Positions 31,352 to 40,389 of a stretch of DNA of 64,000 nt are shown here, in pieces. Within the stretch, counting starts at the first letter, position 1. Each line of letters opens with the position of its first letter. The stretch comes from Nitrososphaeria archaeon (GTDB taxonomy: Archaea; Thermoproteota; Nitrososphaeria; JACIWG01): the NCBI GenBank assembly GCA_963752255.1, contig CAVVXT010000019.1, positions 96,001-160,000 of the forward strand, in the 5' to 3' direction. Position numbers and translations under genes: made by a program. The notes beneath the pieces were generated by a model. It ran no database searches and was not told the origin of the DNA. It saw nothing but the letters and a program-made list of their open reading frames with translations.

Positions 31352-31978
31352 ATGGCCAGCAGAGAATATTTCGATAGCGTCGCAGGAGAATGGGACACGA
31401 TGCAGAGAAGCTTCTTTTCAGAAAAAGTAAGGGAGAAAGCCTTTGCCGTAGCTAACGTAGAAGAAGATAGGCTGGCTGCAGATATAGGAGCAGGCACCGG
31501 TTTCATAACAGAAGGTCTCATAAGGAGAGGAGTAAGAGTGATCGCCGTTGACCAATCCAGGAACATGATCGAAGAACTAAGGAAGAAGGTCTCAAAAGCC
31601 ACAAAAATAGATTTTCGCGTTGGTAGTGTAGAAAAATTGCCAATAGCAGATGAGACTGTTGATTACGCCTTTGCAAACATGGTGCTCCATCACGTCAGTT
31701 CACCTCAGGATGCAATAAGGGAGATGACGCGAATACTAAAATCAGGTGGAAAGATCATTATTACAGACCTAGACGAACACAACTTCGAGTTCCTCAAAAC
31801 GGAGCACAAAGATCGCTGGATGGGGTTCAAGCGTGAAGAAGTTAGGAAATGGCTTTCTAAAGCCGGACTAAAAAATGTTGGTGTAGACTGCGTCGGTGAA
31901 AACTGTTGTGCGACATCGAATTCTGGATTCGATAAAGCTACAGTAAGCATATTTATTGCCTTCGGCCAAAAGAGTTGA
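31352..31978 (+). CDS. Class I SAM-dependent methyltransferase (UbiE/type 11) with C-terminal Cys cluster
   Basis: ADIGAGTGF, ANMVLHH, LKSGG; DCVGENCC near the C-terminus. Confidence 0.88.
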   Translation: MASREYFDSVAGEWDTMQRSFFSEKVREKAFAVANVEEDRLAADIGAGTGFITEGLIRRGVRVIAVDQSRNMIEELRKKVSKATKIDFRVGSVEKLPIADETVDYAFANMVLHHVSSPQDAIREMTRILKSGGKIIITDLDEHNFEFLKTEHKDRWMGFKREEVRKWLSKAGLKNVGVDCVGENCCATSNSGFDKATVSIFIAFGQKS

Positions 31979-32110
31979 TCTTGCTATATCCGCTTTTATG
32001 TTTCAACTGCTCTCATCGAGCCCAGAGGATTCCGTTTACTAAACGTATACTTATCGATATGGGAGAGCATGCAGCCATTTTACAACCTATGTTTCTTACA
32101 ATTCAATTCT

Positions 32111-32479
32111 TTAAAAACAGATGACAGCATCTGCTTCAAGCGCTAAATCGTTCAGGGTAGCAGCACCTACGATTCCAGCTTCAGAAACGAAGTCTCCACG
32201 TGCGATAGTCAGCAGTTGGCAACTCTGTTCACACACCATAAGCTTTACTCCCGCCTTTATCGCCTGATCCATTACTTCTTTGAGCGATGGGAAACCGCCT
32301 ATCTTTATCTTTTCAGCTTCTCCCTTCTTGACGATCGTTACACCTTTTATTACGAAATAGATTGTTGCCTCTATGTTCATCATTTCTGCGGTGGCTGCTA
32401 GAATAAATGGCGCATATGTGCGTTCTGGTGTGTCAACACCGCTTGTTTGAACATACAGTATCTTTTTTTTCTCAGACAT
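32111..32479 (-). CDS. DsrE/DsrF-like sulfur-transfer protein
   Basis: PERTYAPF, IYFVIKGV, GVKLMVCEQS, IVGAATLND. Confidence 0.88.
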   Translation of the reverse strand: MSEKKKILYVQTSGVDTPERTYAPFILAATAEMMNIEATIYFVIKGVTIVKKGEAEKIKIGGFPSLKEVMDQAIKAGVKLMVCEQSCQLLTIARGDFVSEAGIVGAATLNDLALEADAVICF

Positions 32480-32503
32480 TTTCTCACCTCCAATTAATAC
32501 TGT

Positions 32504-32740
32504 TCATTTCATCTTCCTGATTAAAAGCTGAACCCCTTTTCCTACGGAATTCACGCCTAACAGCTCCTGTCCTAAATTCTTCACAAGACTTCTTATATCC
32601 ATTTCCGCCGCCGGGTCATCAGCGAGCACTTCCAATACTTCGCCCACCCCCATCTTGTCAAGTTCAATTCGAGTCCTAAACACAGGTTCTGGACAGTAGA
32701 AACCTATGCAATCCAATGTTCGGTCTACTTTTTTATTCAA
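32504..32740 (-). CDS. tusA: TusA/SirA sulfurtransferase
   Basis: LDCIGFYCPEPV, GEVLEVLADDPAA. Confidence 0.92.
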   Translation of the reverse strand: MNKKVDRTLDCIGFYCPEPVFRTRIELDKMGVGEVLEVLADDPAAEMDIRSLVKNLGQELLGVNSVGKGVQLLIRKMK

Positions 32741-32764
32741 AAAAGACTCGACTCATCGACGATA

Positions 32765-32779
32765 TATCACAGTGTTATA
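32765..32779. promoter_or_regulatory. Palindromic operator upstream of tusA-dsrE
   Basis: TATCACAGTGTTATA directly downstream of the minus-strand TATA box (TTATAAA). Confidence 0.65.
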
Positions 32780-32875
32780 TTTATAACTTTTTATTTTTAA
32801 TTATAATTATATGTTAAGCATCCGCTCTCTGAATAACCTAAAGTTCTAGGTCAAAATGTATTTAGAAGCTTGCTT

Positions 32876-33967
32876 CTATTTAATATTCGAAAGTGGAACA
32901 TTTAGTCCTTCGATTACTATTCTACTGTAAAGGTCACGTGCCTTCTCTTCATTTTCTAATCCTTCAACGATCATTACCCCGCTCTTTAGGATACTTGCTT
33001 TAAGATCTGATCCTTTATCGAATGTTATACCTAAATCGGTTTTGATTTTGATCTTAAACTTGCTCTTTTCCAAAAGTGAAAGAAGATCATTCATTTTCAA
33101 GGTTAGGTTCTTTCTTGGTGTTATCACGAAAACCCGTTTTCTTTTTCGACCACAGATTTCCGTAACCAGTTGTACTTGAAGAGGTTTCGGCGGGCGTAAT
33201 GGTCTTGAGCCACATACGGGACAATCCTCTGCCTTTGATATGTCGATCGCCTGGAAGGTCAAAGATCCAACGTCACAGTAAAATAGTTTGTTCATAAGGT
33301 TAGGTGTCTGTCCTAGAATAATCCTTGCAGCCTCTGACACTTCAATACTAGCTATAATGTTTATGATCGAAGGTTGGACGCCGACTATGGCACAGGTCGG
33401 TAGCATTTGATCCTCTAAGTTTCCTTGAAAACATTCTAGGCAGGCGGTTTTACCGGGTATTATCGTTGATACGCTTCCGTAGGTTGTAATTGCAGCACCA
33501 AAAATGTATGGTACGTTATATGCCTGACAAGCCCTGTTTAATGCGTAGCGTGGAGCCATATGATCTAGGCCGTCGACAACAACATCCATGTCGCATACAA
33601 TGTCTCCAGCGTTTTCTGAGTTCAAGGATAATGGGAGAGGTTCCACCTCTATGTTGGGGTTATACTCGTGCAGCCTTCTCGCTGCGACCTCAACCTTAGG
33701 GTAGCCTATGAAGTCTACACCGTAGAGGGGTTGTCTCTGGAGATTAGAGAGCTCGATAATATCTTGATCGACCAAACGCAGGTGACCTACCCCCATTCCA
33801 GCTAGCAGCAATGAAGCTTGAGAACCAAGTCCTCCAATTCCGACTATGCAGACTCTAGCGTTTCTAAGTTTCAATTGCCCGTTATAACCTATATCAGGTA
33901 GAACGATCTGACGGGAGTAGTATTCAAGTTCCTTTTCTGAAAGCTTCTTTGCTTTAACCTTAGGCGT
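32876..33967 (-). CDS. ThiF/MoeB E1-like adenylyltransferase
   Basis: VGIGGLG, SNLQRQ, DGLD, TACLEC, PTC, CPVCG. The frame extends upstream of the ORF call (ELEYYSRQIVLPDIG) to an ACG at 33965-33967 after GAGGGGTGA. Confidence 0.9.
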   Translation of the reverse strand, partial: TPKVKAKKLSEKELEYYSRQIVLPDIGYNGQLKLRNARVCIVGIGGLGSQASLLLAGMGVGHLRLVDQDIIELSNLQRQPLYGVDFIGYPKVEVAARRLHEYNPNIEVEPLPLSLNSENAGDIVCDMDVVVDGLDHMAPRYALNRACQAYNVPYIFGAAITTYGSVSTIIPGKTACLECFQGNLEDQMLPTCAIVGVQPSIINIIASIEVSEAARIILGQTPNLMNKLFYCDVGSLTFQAIDISKAEDCPVCGSRPLRPPKPLQVQLVTEICGRKRKRVFVITPRKNLTLKMNDLLSLLEKSKFKIKIKTDLGITFDKGSDLKASILKSGVMIVEGLENEEKARDLYSRIVIEGLNVPLSNIK

Positions 33968-34335
33968 TTTAGTTCACCCCTCTAAAACTGTAACTTAGAT
34001 AACCTTTTTCAAGAAAATTTAAAGCTTTTAACTCATGTTTTAGCAATGGCCCTTTAGAAATAAGAAACAAATATAAGTTTTATACTCGACATAGACTTAT
34101 TTGGCGGATTTGAGTTCAGAGTGAAGAATCTTGCGCACAAGAATAATTTAGTAAAATCTAAAACAGATGTAAAAAACTAAAGAAATAGAAGAAATCAAGG
34201 AGGTACAACTGATAACAGATTTATCAATGAACATGCTTAATGGAGCTAGTTTCGATGTAAAACGTGTTTAGTCGGGGATAAGGTAGATTTCGGTACAGCA
34301 TTTGAACTTCTTCCTATGCATTAAGGTTATCAACA

Positions 34336-35490
34336 TCAGGCTTTAATTGGCGAAATCTTCCTTAATTTTTTTACGGTTTTGGGCAAAGCTTCCAGGATGT
34401 AGTCCACATCTTTATCTGTCGTGTACCTTCCCAAAGATATTCTTAAGCTTCCGTGGATTTCTTCTGGTTTTAATCCAAGGGCTAGTAGCACGTGACTCGG
34501 TTCCCCTGAGCCTGATGAGCACGCGGAACCTGTGGACGCAGCTATCCCCTCATCACTAAGAAGCATGATTAGGGATTCACCTTCGATAAAAGAAAATCTA
34601 AAATTGTTTATGTTTGGTAACCTCTTGGTAGGGTGTCCGTTCAGGTAGGTCTTTTCAATTTCTAACACACCCTTGATTAGACGATTGCTCAAAGCTGTCA
34701 GCCTCTGCGCTTCTGACACCATCTCCTCCTTTCTAATCTCTACAGCTTTAGCGAACCCCATAATACCCGGGACGTTCTCAGTACTGGACCTTAGGCCGAA
34801 TTCGTGGCCTCCTCCGTGCAGCAAGGGCTCAATTTTTACTCCTTTCTTTATGTAAAGTGCGCCAACCCCCTTTGGCCCATAAATCTTGTGGGCGTTAACG
34901 GTCATAAGGTCTATATTCATTTCTTTGACATCTATGGGAATTTTACCGAAGCTTTGAGCTGCGTCGGTGTGGAAGAAGGCGCCATATTCATGACATAGCT
35001 TACCAATTTCCTTCAACGGCTGTATGGTACCAATTTCGTTATTGCCATGTATAATGGAAACCAAGGAAACGCCATTCTTCAAAGCTTTTTCAAGTTCCTC
35101 CAGATCTAATAGACCGTACTTGTCGACAGGTAGATAAGTTATTTTAAAGCCCTCTTTTTCCAGCCAAACAGCAGAATTTAGAACACTGTCATGCTCTATG
35201 GTAGATATGGCGATGTGCGTTTTACCATTTCCTTTATTGAAAGCGAAACCTTTTAAGGTCAGGTTATTTGCTTCAGTAGCGCTTCCGGTAAAGATCAATT
35301 CTTCAGGCTCAGCTTTAATCATTCCAGCAACTGTTTTCCTCGCTTCATCAATAGATTTCCTCGCCTCTAATCCGAAGCTGTGAATAGATGAAGCATTTCC
35401 GTAAATTTCGGTAAAATAAGGCTGCATGGTTTCAAGTACTCTGGGCTCTAAAGGCGTTGTCGCAGCATAGTCGACGTAGATTCTTCTCAT
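34336..35490 (-). CDS. iscS: Cysteine desulfurase (IscS/NifS, group I)
   Basis: YVDYAATTP, NNEIGTIQP, HTDAAQ, AHKIYGPKG, STGSACSS. Confidence 0.96.
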   Translation of the reverse strand: MRRIYVDYAATTPLEPRVLETMQPYFTEIYGNASSIHSFGLEARKSIDEARKTVAGMIKAEPEELIFTGSATEANNLTLKGFAFNKGNGKTHIAISTIEHDSVLNSAVWLEKEGFKITYLPVDKYGLLDLEELEKALKNGVSLVSIIHGNNEIGTIQPLKEIGKLCHEYGAFFHTDAAQSFGKIPIDVKEMNIDLMTVNAHKIYGPKGVGALYIKKGVKIEPLLHGGGHEFGLRSSTENVPGIMGFAKAVEIRKEEMVSEAQRLTALSNRLIKGVLEIEKTYLNGHPTKRLPNINNFRFSFIEGESLIMLLSDEGIAASTGSACSSGSGEPSHVLLALGLKPEEIHGSLRISLGRYTTDKDVDYILEALPKTVKKLRKISPIKA

Positions 35491-35539
35491 GACTCATCCT
35501 CCTTTTTAGTGTGTTGTCGATCCATTATTCAAGATTTAA

Positions 35540-36589
35540 TCACTCTTTCTGTAACCTAGATCTGGTAATATAACCATTCACTTTGGCGCCAGCAGGAATC
35601 GAGGAAGTTATCCAGGAGTTTCCTCCTATGACAGCATTATCCCCTATGATTGTTTCGCCTCCGAGAATAGTTGCATCGGAATAAATAACAACATTGTTTC
35701 CAACCGTAGGATGTCTCTTACGCCCCCTTATGATCTGCCCTTTCTCGTCTTTGGGAAAACTCAGGGCACCTAAGGTTACACCTTGGTAGATTTTCACATT
35801 ATCTCCAATCTCCGTAGTTTCTCCTATGACAACGCCTGTTCCATGGTCGATAAAGAAGTTTCTTCCGATCTTTGCTCCGGGGTGAATATCGATACCTGTT
35901 TGAGAGTGGATATATTCGCTCATTATTCTAGGAATCATCGGAACGCCTCTTATGTAGAGCTCGTGAGTTATCCTGTAGGTTGCGATGGCAAGAACGCATG
36001 GATAACTTAGAATGATCTCGTCGGTGCTCTTAGCAGCAGGATCTCCATCGTAGGCTGCTTGAATGTCTCCACTTAGGAGGGTTCTTATTTCAGGAATCTT
36101 CTCTAGAAGCTCCTTTACAACCACTTGTGCCCTTCTGTAGCAGACATCTTCAGGGCATTTTTTAATCCTTCGGCAAACGTACTTGAGGCTTTTCCCTACT
36201 TCATTAACGAGACGAAAATATATCGAGTTTAAAGTGTTGCCTAGAAAGTACCTAACATTGGATTTTGTTACTTTCTTTTTACCCATGTAGCCAGGGAAAA
36301 TTGTTGCTAAAAGGTCTTCTAGTACCTCGATAACTACCTGTTTCGATGGAAGATCTTTTCCTTCTAGGCTTTTCATTTCCCCATGACTTTTGTAGTTTTC
36401 CATAATCTCTTCGACGAGCTTTGGTAAACCTTCCTCAACCCAATTTTCTTCTACTATCTTTTGTTCTTTCATTATCATCTCCAGCATTTGCTCTGGACTC
36501 CATGCGTAAGGCAGTTCCTCGTTTCGCTTTTCCTCTTTAAAGCGAGATCTGTTTGATGTAGACTTCATTTGCTTTCTCATCTTTATCAT
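35540..36589 (-). CDS. cysE: Serine O-acetyltransferase (long EpsC-type)
   Basis: [43 protein letters not shown]. The last ~12 aa may be frameshifted (extra A at ~35577). Confidence 0.93.
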   Translation of the reverse strand: MIKMRKQMKSTSNRSRFKEEKRNEELPYAWSPEQMLEMIMKEQKIVEENWVEEGLPKLVEEIMENYKSHGEMKSLEGKDLPSKQVVIEVLEDLLATIFPGYMGKKKVTKSNVRYFLGNTLNSIYFRLVNEVGKSLKYVCRRIKKCPEDVCYRRAQVVVKELLEKIPEIRTLLSGDIQAAYDGDPAAKSTDEIILSYPCVLAIATYRITHELYIRGVPMIPRIMSEYIHSQTGIDIHPGAKIGRNFFIDHGTGVVIGETTEIGDNVKIYQGVTLGALSFPKDEKGQIIRGRKRHPTVGNNVVIYSDATILGGETIIGDNAVIGGNSWITSSIPAGAKVNGYITRSRLQKE

Positions 36590-36738
36590 GAATACAATAG
36601 TACAACACTAAGATAGGGGTCTCCTATATCTTGATTATTTTTTGATTTGAGGGGATTAAAGACGTACTTCAAAACGTTTACTACACCTAAAGTTAAAACT
36701 TTTCTCATGACTTATCCTACTCATATTACGGCTGTCTG

Positions 36739-36757
36739 TTTATAACGCCGTTATAAA
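36739..36757. promoter_or_regulatory. Palindromic operator overlapping the TATA box upstream of cysE-iscS
   Basis: TTTATAACGCCGTTATAAA (perfect 8-bp arms). Confidence 0.7.
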
Positions 36758-36933
36758 TCTTTTGTTTTTAAAACTTCATATAATTCAAATAAGAGAAGCT
36801 AGTTATTTCTCACTATCTAATTTTCGTCTCTGCCATCTCATCTTTGGAAATTGCATTTTTTTGCCTAGTGATCGATTTAAGTTTTAGCTCAACTTCTTTA
36901 AAAATCTTGGAATTGGGAGTGGCGGGATATCTT

Positions 36934-37890
36934 TCAACGGCGTCCTTGAGGTTCGTTCACTTCGGGTTCCTTAAATAGGGCGGTACTCAAATATCGTTCG
37001 CCAGTGTCTGGAAACACAACTATAATGAGCTTACCATCGTTTTCGCGTCTCTTCGCTACTTCAAGGGCAGCGTAGCATGCTGCTCCAGATGAGATTCCAA
37101 CGAGCAGACCCTCTTCCTTTGCAAGACGTCTAGCAATGTTGAAGGCGTCATCGTCTCTAACCTGAAAGATTTCATCCACAATATCCCTACGGAAAACGTC
37201 CGGTACAAACCCCGCTCCTATTCCCTGTATCTTATGGCGACCAGGCTGTCCACCCGAGAGAACAGGTGAGTTTAAGGGTTCAACCGCTATGATTTTTAGG
37301 CTGGGCTTTAACGGTTTGATATATTCGCCTATTCCTGTAACAGTGCCCCCTGTCCCAACTCCGCCCACTACTATGTCTACCTGCCCGTCTGTGTCATCCC
37401 ATATTTCTACTGCAGTTGTTTCCCGATGTATCTTTGGGTTAGCGGGGTTCTTGAACTGCTGAGGTATGAATGAGTTGGGTGTGCTTGCGGCGACCTCTTC
37501 AGCCCTTTTGATCGCACCCTTCATCCCCTCAGCCCCAGGCGTGAGAACAAGTTCTGCACCATATGCTTTAAGGAGAGATCTTCGCTCAGCGCTCATCGTA
37601 TCAGGCATTGTCAAGATGAGCTTGTAGCCTCTTACAGCCGCAACCATAGCGAGCCCAATACCAGTATTACCGCTTGTAGGTTCAATTATGATCGTATCCT
37701 TATGGATCAATCCTTGTTTCTCAGCCTCTTGAATCATACTCAAGCATATCCTGTCCTTCACACTTCCCCCAGGGTTTCTTGACTCGAGTTTCGCGACAAT
37801 TGTAGCTTTCAAGCCCTCTGTAATTCGGTTCAGTTTGATTAAGGGAGTCATACCGATGGTCTTTAACACATCATCGTAAATTTTTAGCAT
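36934..37890 (-). CDS. cysK: Cysteine synthase A (O-acetylserine sulfhydrylase)
   Basis: [51 protein letters not shown]; start set to ATG at 37890. Confidence 0.96.
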   Translation of the reverse strand: MLKIYDDVLKTIGMTPLIKLNRITEGLKATIVAKLESRNPGGSVKDRICLSMIQEAEKQGLIHKDTIIIEPTSGNTGIGLAMVAAVRGYKLILTMPDTMSAERRSLLKAYGAELVLTPGAEGMKGAIKRAEEVAASTPNSFIPQQFKNPANPKIHRETTAVEIWDDTDGQVDIVVGGVGTGGTVTGIGEYIKPLKPSLKIIAVEPLNSPVLSGGQPGRHKIQGIGAGFVPDVFRRDIVDEIFQVRDDDAFNIARRLAKEEGLLVGISSGAACYAALEVAKRRENDGKLIIVVFPDTGERYLSTALFKEPEVNEPQGRR

Positions 37891-37906
37891 ACACCTTAAG
37901 TTAGGA

Positions 37907-37921
37907 TATAACACTGTTATA
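37907..37921. promoter_or_regulatory. Palindromic operator overlapping the cysK TATA box
   Basis: TATAACACTGTTATA; minus strand reads acaaagatTTATAACAGTGTTATA, 16 nt upstream of the ATG. Confidence 0.75.
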
Positions 37922-37972
37922 AATCTTTGTAGATTATCTTGTTTTTAACCAGTAAATAGGAACTCGTAAAAG

Positions 37973-38293
37973 CTATTTTATTAAGGTAAACACAAGCGTG
38001 CAAATACCACATAGGTCTACTTCTACTTTCTTTGACTTTTTTGCATCAGCTATTTTTCCTGCTTCTGAACCGATAATTTTTATTATTTCCTTATTAGCTA
38101 ACAGTTCTTTAGTCAATTTTCCACCCCTCTTTGAACTAATATACTGACTAACAGCAGCCTGCGTTATTCCAAGCACCTTAGCTGCATGGGATTGAGAGAA
38201 ACCGTGTTCTTCAACAAGCTCCTTTGCGATAAGTCCTCTTATGGTTGGAAGGATATATTTTGTTGCACTCTCACATTTCGGCCTGACAACCAT
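37973..38293 (-). CDS. XRE-type HTH transcriptional regulator (COG2522, ThiR-N-like) with conserved cysteines
   Basis: RPKCE...LPTIRGLIAKEL...SQSHAAKVLGITQAAVSQYISSKRG; C-terminal CGIC; start set to ATG at 38293. Confidence 0.85.
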   Translation of the reverse strand: MVVRPKCESATKYILPTIRGLIAKELVEEHGFSQSHAAKVLGITQAAVSQYISSKRGGKLTKELLANKEIIKIIGSEAGKIADAKKSKKVEVDLCGICTLVFTLIK

Positions 38294-38306
38294 TATTTTG
38301 AATTGA

Positions 38307-38321
38307 CTTAACACTGTTATT
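38307..38321. promoter_or_regulatory. Palindromic operator at the regulator's own promoter
   Basis: CTTAACACTGTTATT overlapping the minus-strand TTTTAATA. Confidence 0.65.
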
Positions 38322-38456
38322 AAAAGTTTGCCTTAAATTCAATACTTAGGTATAATAAAACTTTTGTATAATTTCCATTTCCTCTTTTAAAAGTTGTAAA
38401 CATAAGGCTTTGAATGTTTTTATAGTGAAGTTGCTAGAAAAGTTTAGAAGGTTAAT

Positions 38457-39276
38457 ATGTCTCGGAAAAAAAAATGGTAAAACAAATCTTATATCTTTAG
38501 CTGAGCTCGTTTCTTTAAGCGGAAAGAGAGCGTTAATTACGGGTTCAGGTTCAGGAATTGGCAAGGCAATTGCCTATAGGTTTGCTGAAGCAGGTGCTAG
38601 TCTACAGTTAGTTGATATTAAAGAAGAGAGCTTAGTTGCAGTGAAAGAAGAACTCAAGCAGTTTAACATGGATATAAGTGTTCATAAGGTTAATCTGTCC
38701 AAGAAAGAGGAAATTGACTCTTTATGGAAGTAGTTAGAAGGAAAAGAGCCCGACATTTTGGTTAACAATGCTGGAATATATCCAACTAAGTCATTTTTGG
38801 ACGTAGATGAAGCCTTCCTGGAGAAAGTGATGGATATTAACCTGAACGCAGTTTTCTGGATGTGCCAACACATGATAAAAAGCAGGCTAAAAATTGGTGG
38901 TGTAATCATAAACATGGGCTCAATTGAAGCTATAATGCCTTTGAAAGAGGATTTGTGCCATTATGATATCAGTAAGGCAGGAATTATGGTTCTCTCAAGA
39001 GCTCTTGCCAGCGAATACGGTAAGCATGGCTTTAGAATAAATGTCCTTGTTCCAGGTGGAATATAGAAATAAGGGACTAAAAACCTGGCAAAAGAGGCAA
39101 CAAAATTCAAACTGAATATCATCAAGTCTGGCATAGAATATAACATAAGGACTCCTTTAGGCAGATTGGGAAAGCCGGATGAGATAGCACGTATGGCCTT
39201 GGTTCTCGCAACCGAGTTGTCCAGCTACGTTAATGGAACACTTATTGCCGTTGACGGGGGCTTTTTATCGGCTTAA
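38457..39276 (+). pseudogene. SDR (FabG-like) oxidoreductase with three in-frame stops
   Basis: [36 protein letters not shown] in one frame, interrupted by TAG 38731, TAG 39064 and TAA 39070; start unclear (A9 run). Confidence 0.85.
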
Positions 39277-39459
39277 GATGGCTCACTAAAAACAGAATAA
39301 GATAAATTTTGACCTTTAGGAGATTTAGCAACTGGAGACGGAATTCATTTAGTTTCTATAGAAATAATATCAATTTTTTTTCATTATCAGTTTATTTAAT
39401 TTGTAGTAAAATTTTGAAAATCAACTGATATTCTATGACCTAAGTAGTGTAAATATATA

Positions 39460-39551
39460 TGGGGCCAGTGGGATTCGAACCCACGCTCACCAGCGATCTG
39501 GGCTACATGCTCCCCAGGCTGGCATCTTTGACCAAGCTGGACGATGACCCC
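39460..39551 (-). tRNA. tRNA-Pro(GGG) with canonical 37/38 intron (39496-39511)
   Basis: GGGGTCA/TGGCCCC acceptor stem, CCAGC-CTGGGG[AGCATGTAGCCCAGAT]C-GCTGG, GTGGGTTCGAATCCCAC T-arm; intron CCCAG pairs with CTGGG (BHB-type). Confidence 0.92.
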
Positions 39552-39609
39552 GTCAAACGGTGATTGCATTATGTGGTTTATTTGTGTATTGCTTAACCTC
39601 TTTTGTGCA

Positions 39610-40389
39610 TTATTTAACATCTAACCTAAGATTTCTGAGAACTTTTTCAAAGGTTTCCTGTTTCGGATTCTGTTTGTATTCTCTAAGGCCTTCTATAATA
39701 GGTTTAATTTCCTTTATCCCGAGCGTTCTCCTTACCTTTGGAGAAAGCTTCCCGCCTACAAAGAGACTCTGTGCAAGAGAAGTCACGTTCGAGTATTTCT
39801 TATTCGAGTTCGCTGATTCGAAGTCGAGTATCACGGGTTTATAATTTGACTTTATAATAATGTGTTTAACTGGGTTACTGAGTTCACAGTGCGCTACTTT
39901 ATTTTTATCTAAAACAAAACATTGTGTAAGCATGTCTTTCAAAACCCTTCGAAGCCTTCCAGCTTTTCCTCTGCCTTTAAGATCTTCTATAAAGTCTCCG
40001 ATCCTTTTTCCTTTAATATGCTCCAACACTAGGAACTCGTCTGTTACATAATACAGTTTTGGCCCCACTCCCAAAGCATTTACCTTGCTGAGAAATGCTC
40101 CTTCATCCTTCAGCGTTTTCCTATTCGAGTCTGTTCTAAGCAATTTGACAGCTGTAAGGCCATATCTTGTTTTGGCAGATATGACTACAGCTGTACATCC
40201 TTTGCCGAGCACCTGCAAGCCGTCAATTTGTGTCTTTCCTTGGATGAAAACTTCCTTTAAACCAGCACCCTTCAACTTCCTTATTATTTTATGAACTCTT
40301 AAATCATCAACCTTCGGATAAGAAAGTAAAAGGTTGTATGGTGCAACTGTAAGACTGTTAATCGAAATAGTTTTTTTCTTTAGGCTCAA
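39610..40389 (-). CDS. Archaeal RIO-like Ser/Thr kinase (COG2112)
   Basis: LGKGCTAVV, AVK, GVGPKL, HCELS, ILDFESA. Confidence 0.85.
   Translation of the reverse strand: MSLKKKTISINSLTVAPYNLLLSYPKVDDLRVHKIIRKLKGAGLKEVFIQGKTQIDGLQVLGKGCTAVVISAKTRYGLTAVKLLRTDSNRKTLKDEGAFLSKVNALGVGPKLYYVTDEFLVLEHIKGKRIGDFIEDLKGRGKAGRLRRVLKDMLTQCFVLDKNKVAHCELSNPVKHIIIKSNYKPVILDFESANSNKKYSNVTSLAQSLFVGGKLSPKVRRTLGIKEIKPIIEGLREYKQNPKQETFEKVLRNLRLDVK

Noticed and set aside
34209-34227. TGATAACAGATTTATCA as another operator copy
   Set aside because: Only ~11/15 match, ~250 nt from the thiF start and not tied to a clear TATA box.
38731-39072. Pyrrolysine or stop-codon readthrough in the SDR gene (two in-frame TAG)
   Set aside because: A TAA follows two codons after the second TAG, TAG is used as a normal stop elsewhere, and no pyl genes are seen; a pseudogene is simpler.
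28504-39460. Island integrated at tRNA-Pro carrying the sulfur cluster
   Set aside because: No duplicate of the tRNA-Pro 3' end was found by eye, so boundaries cannot be supported.
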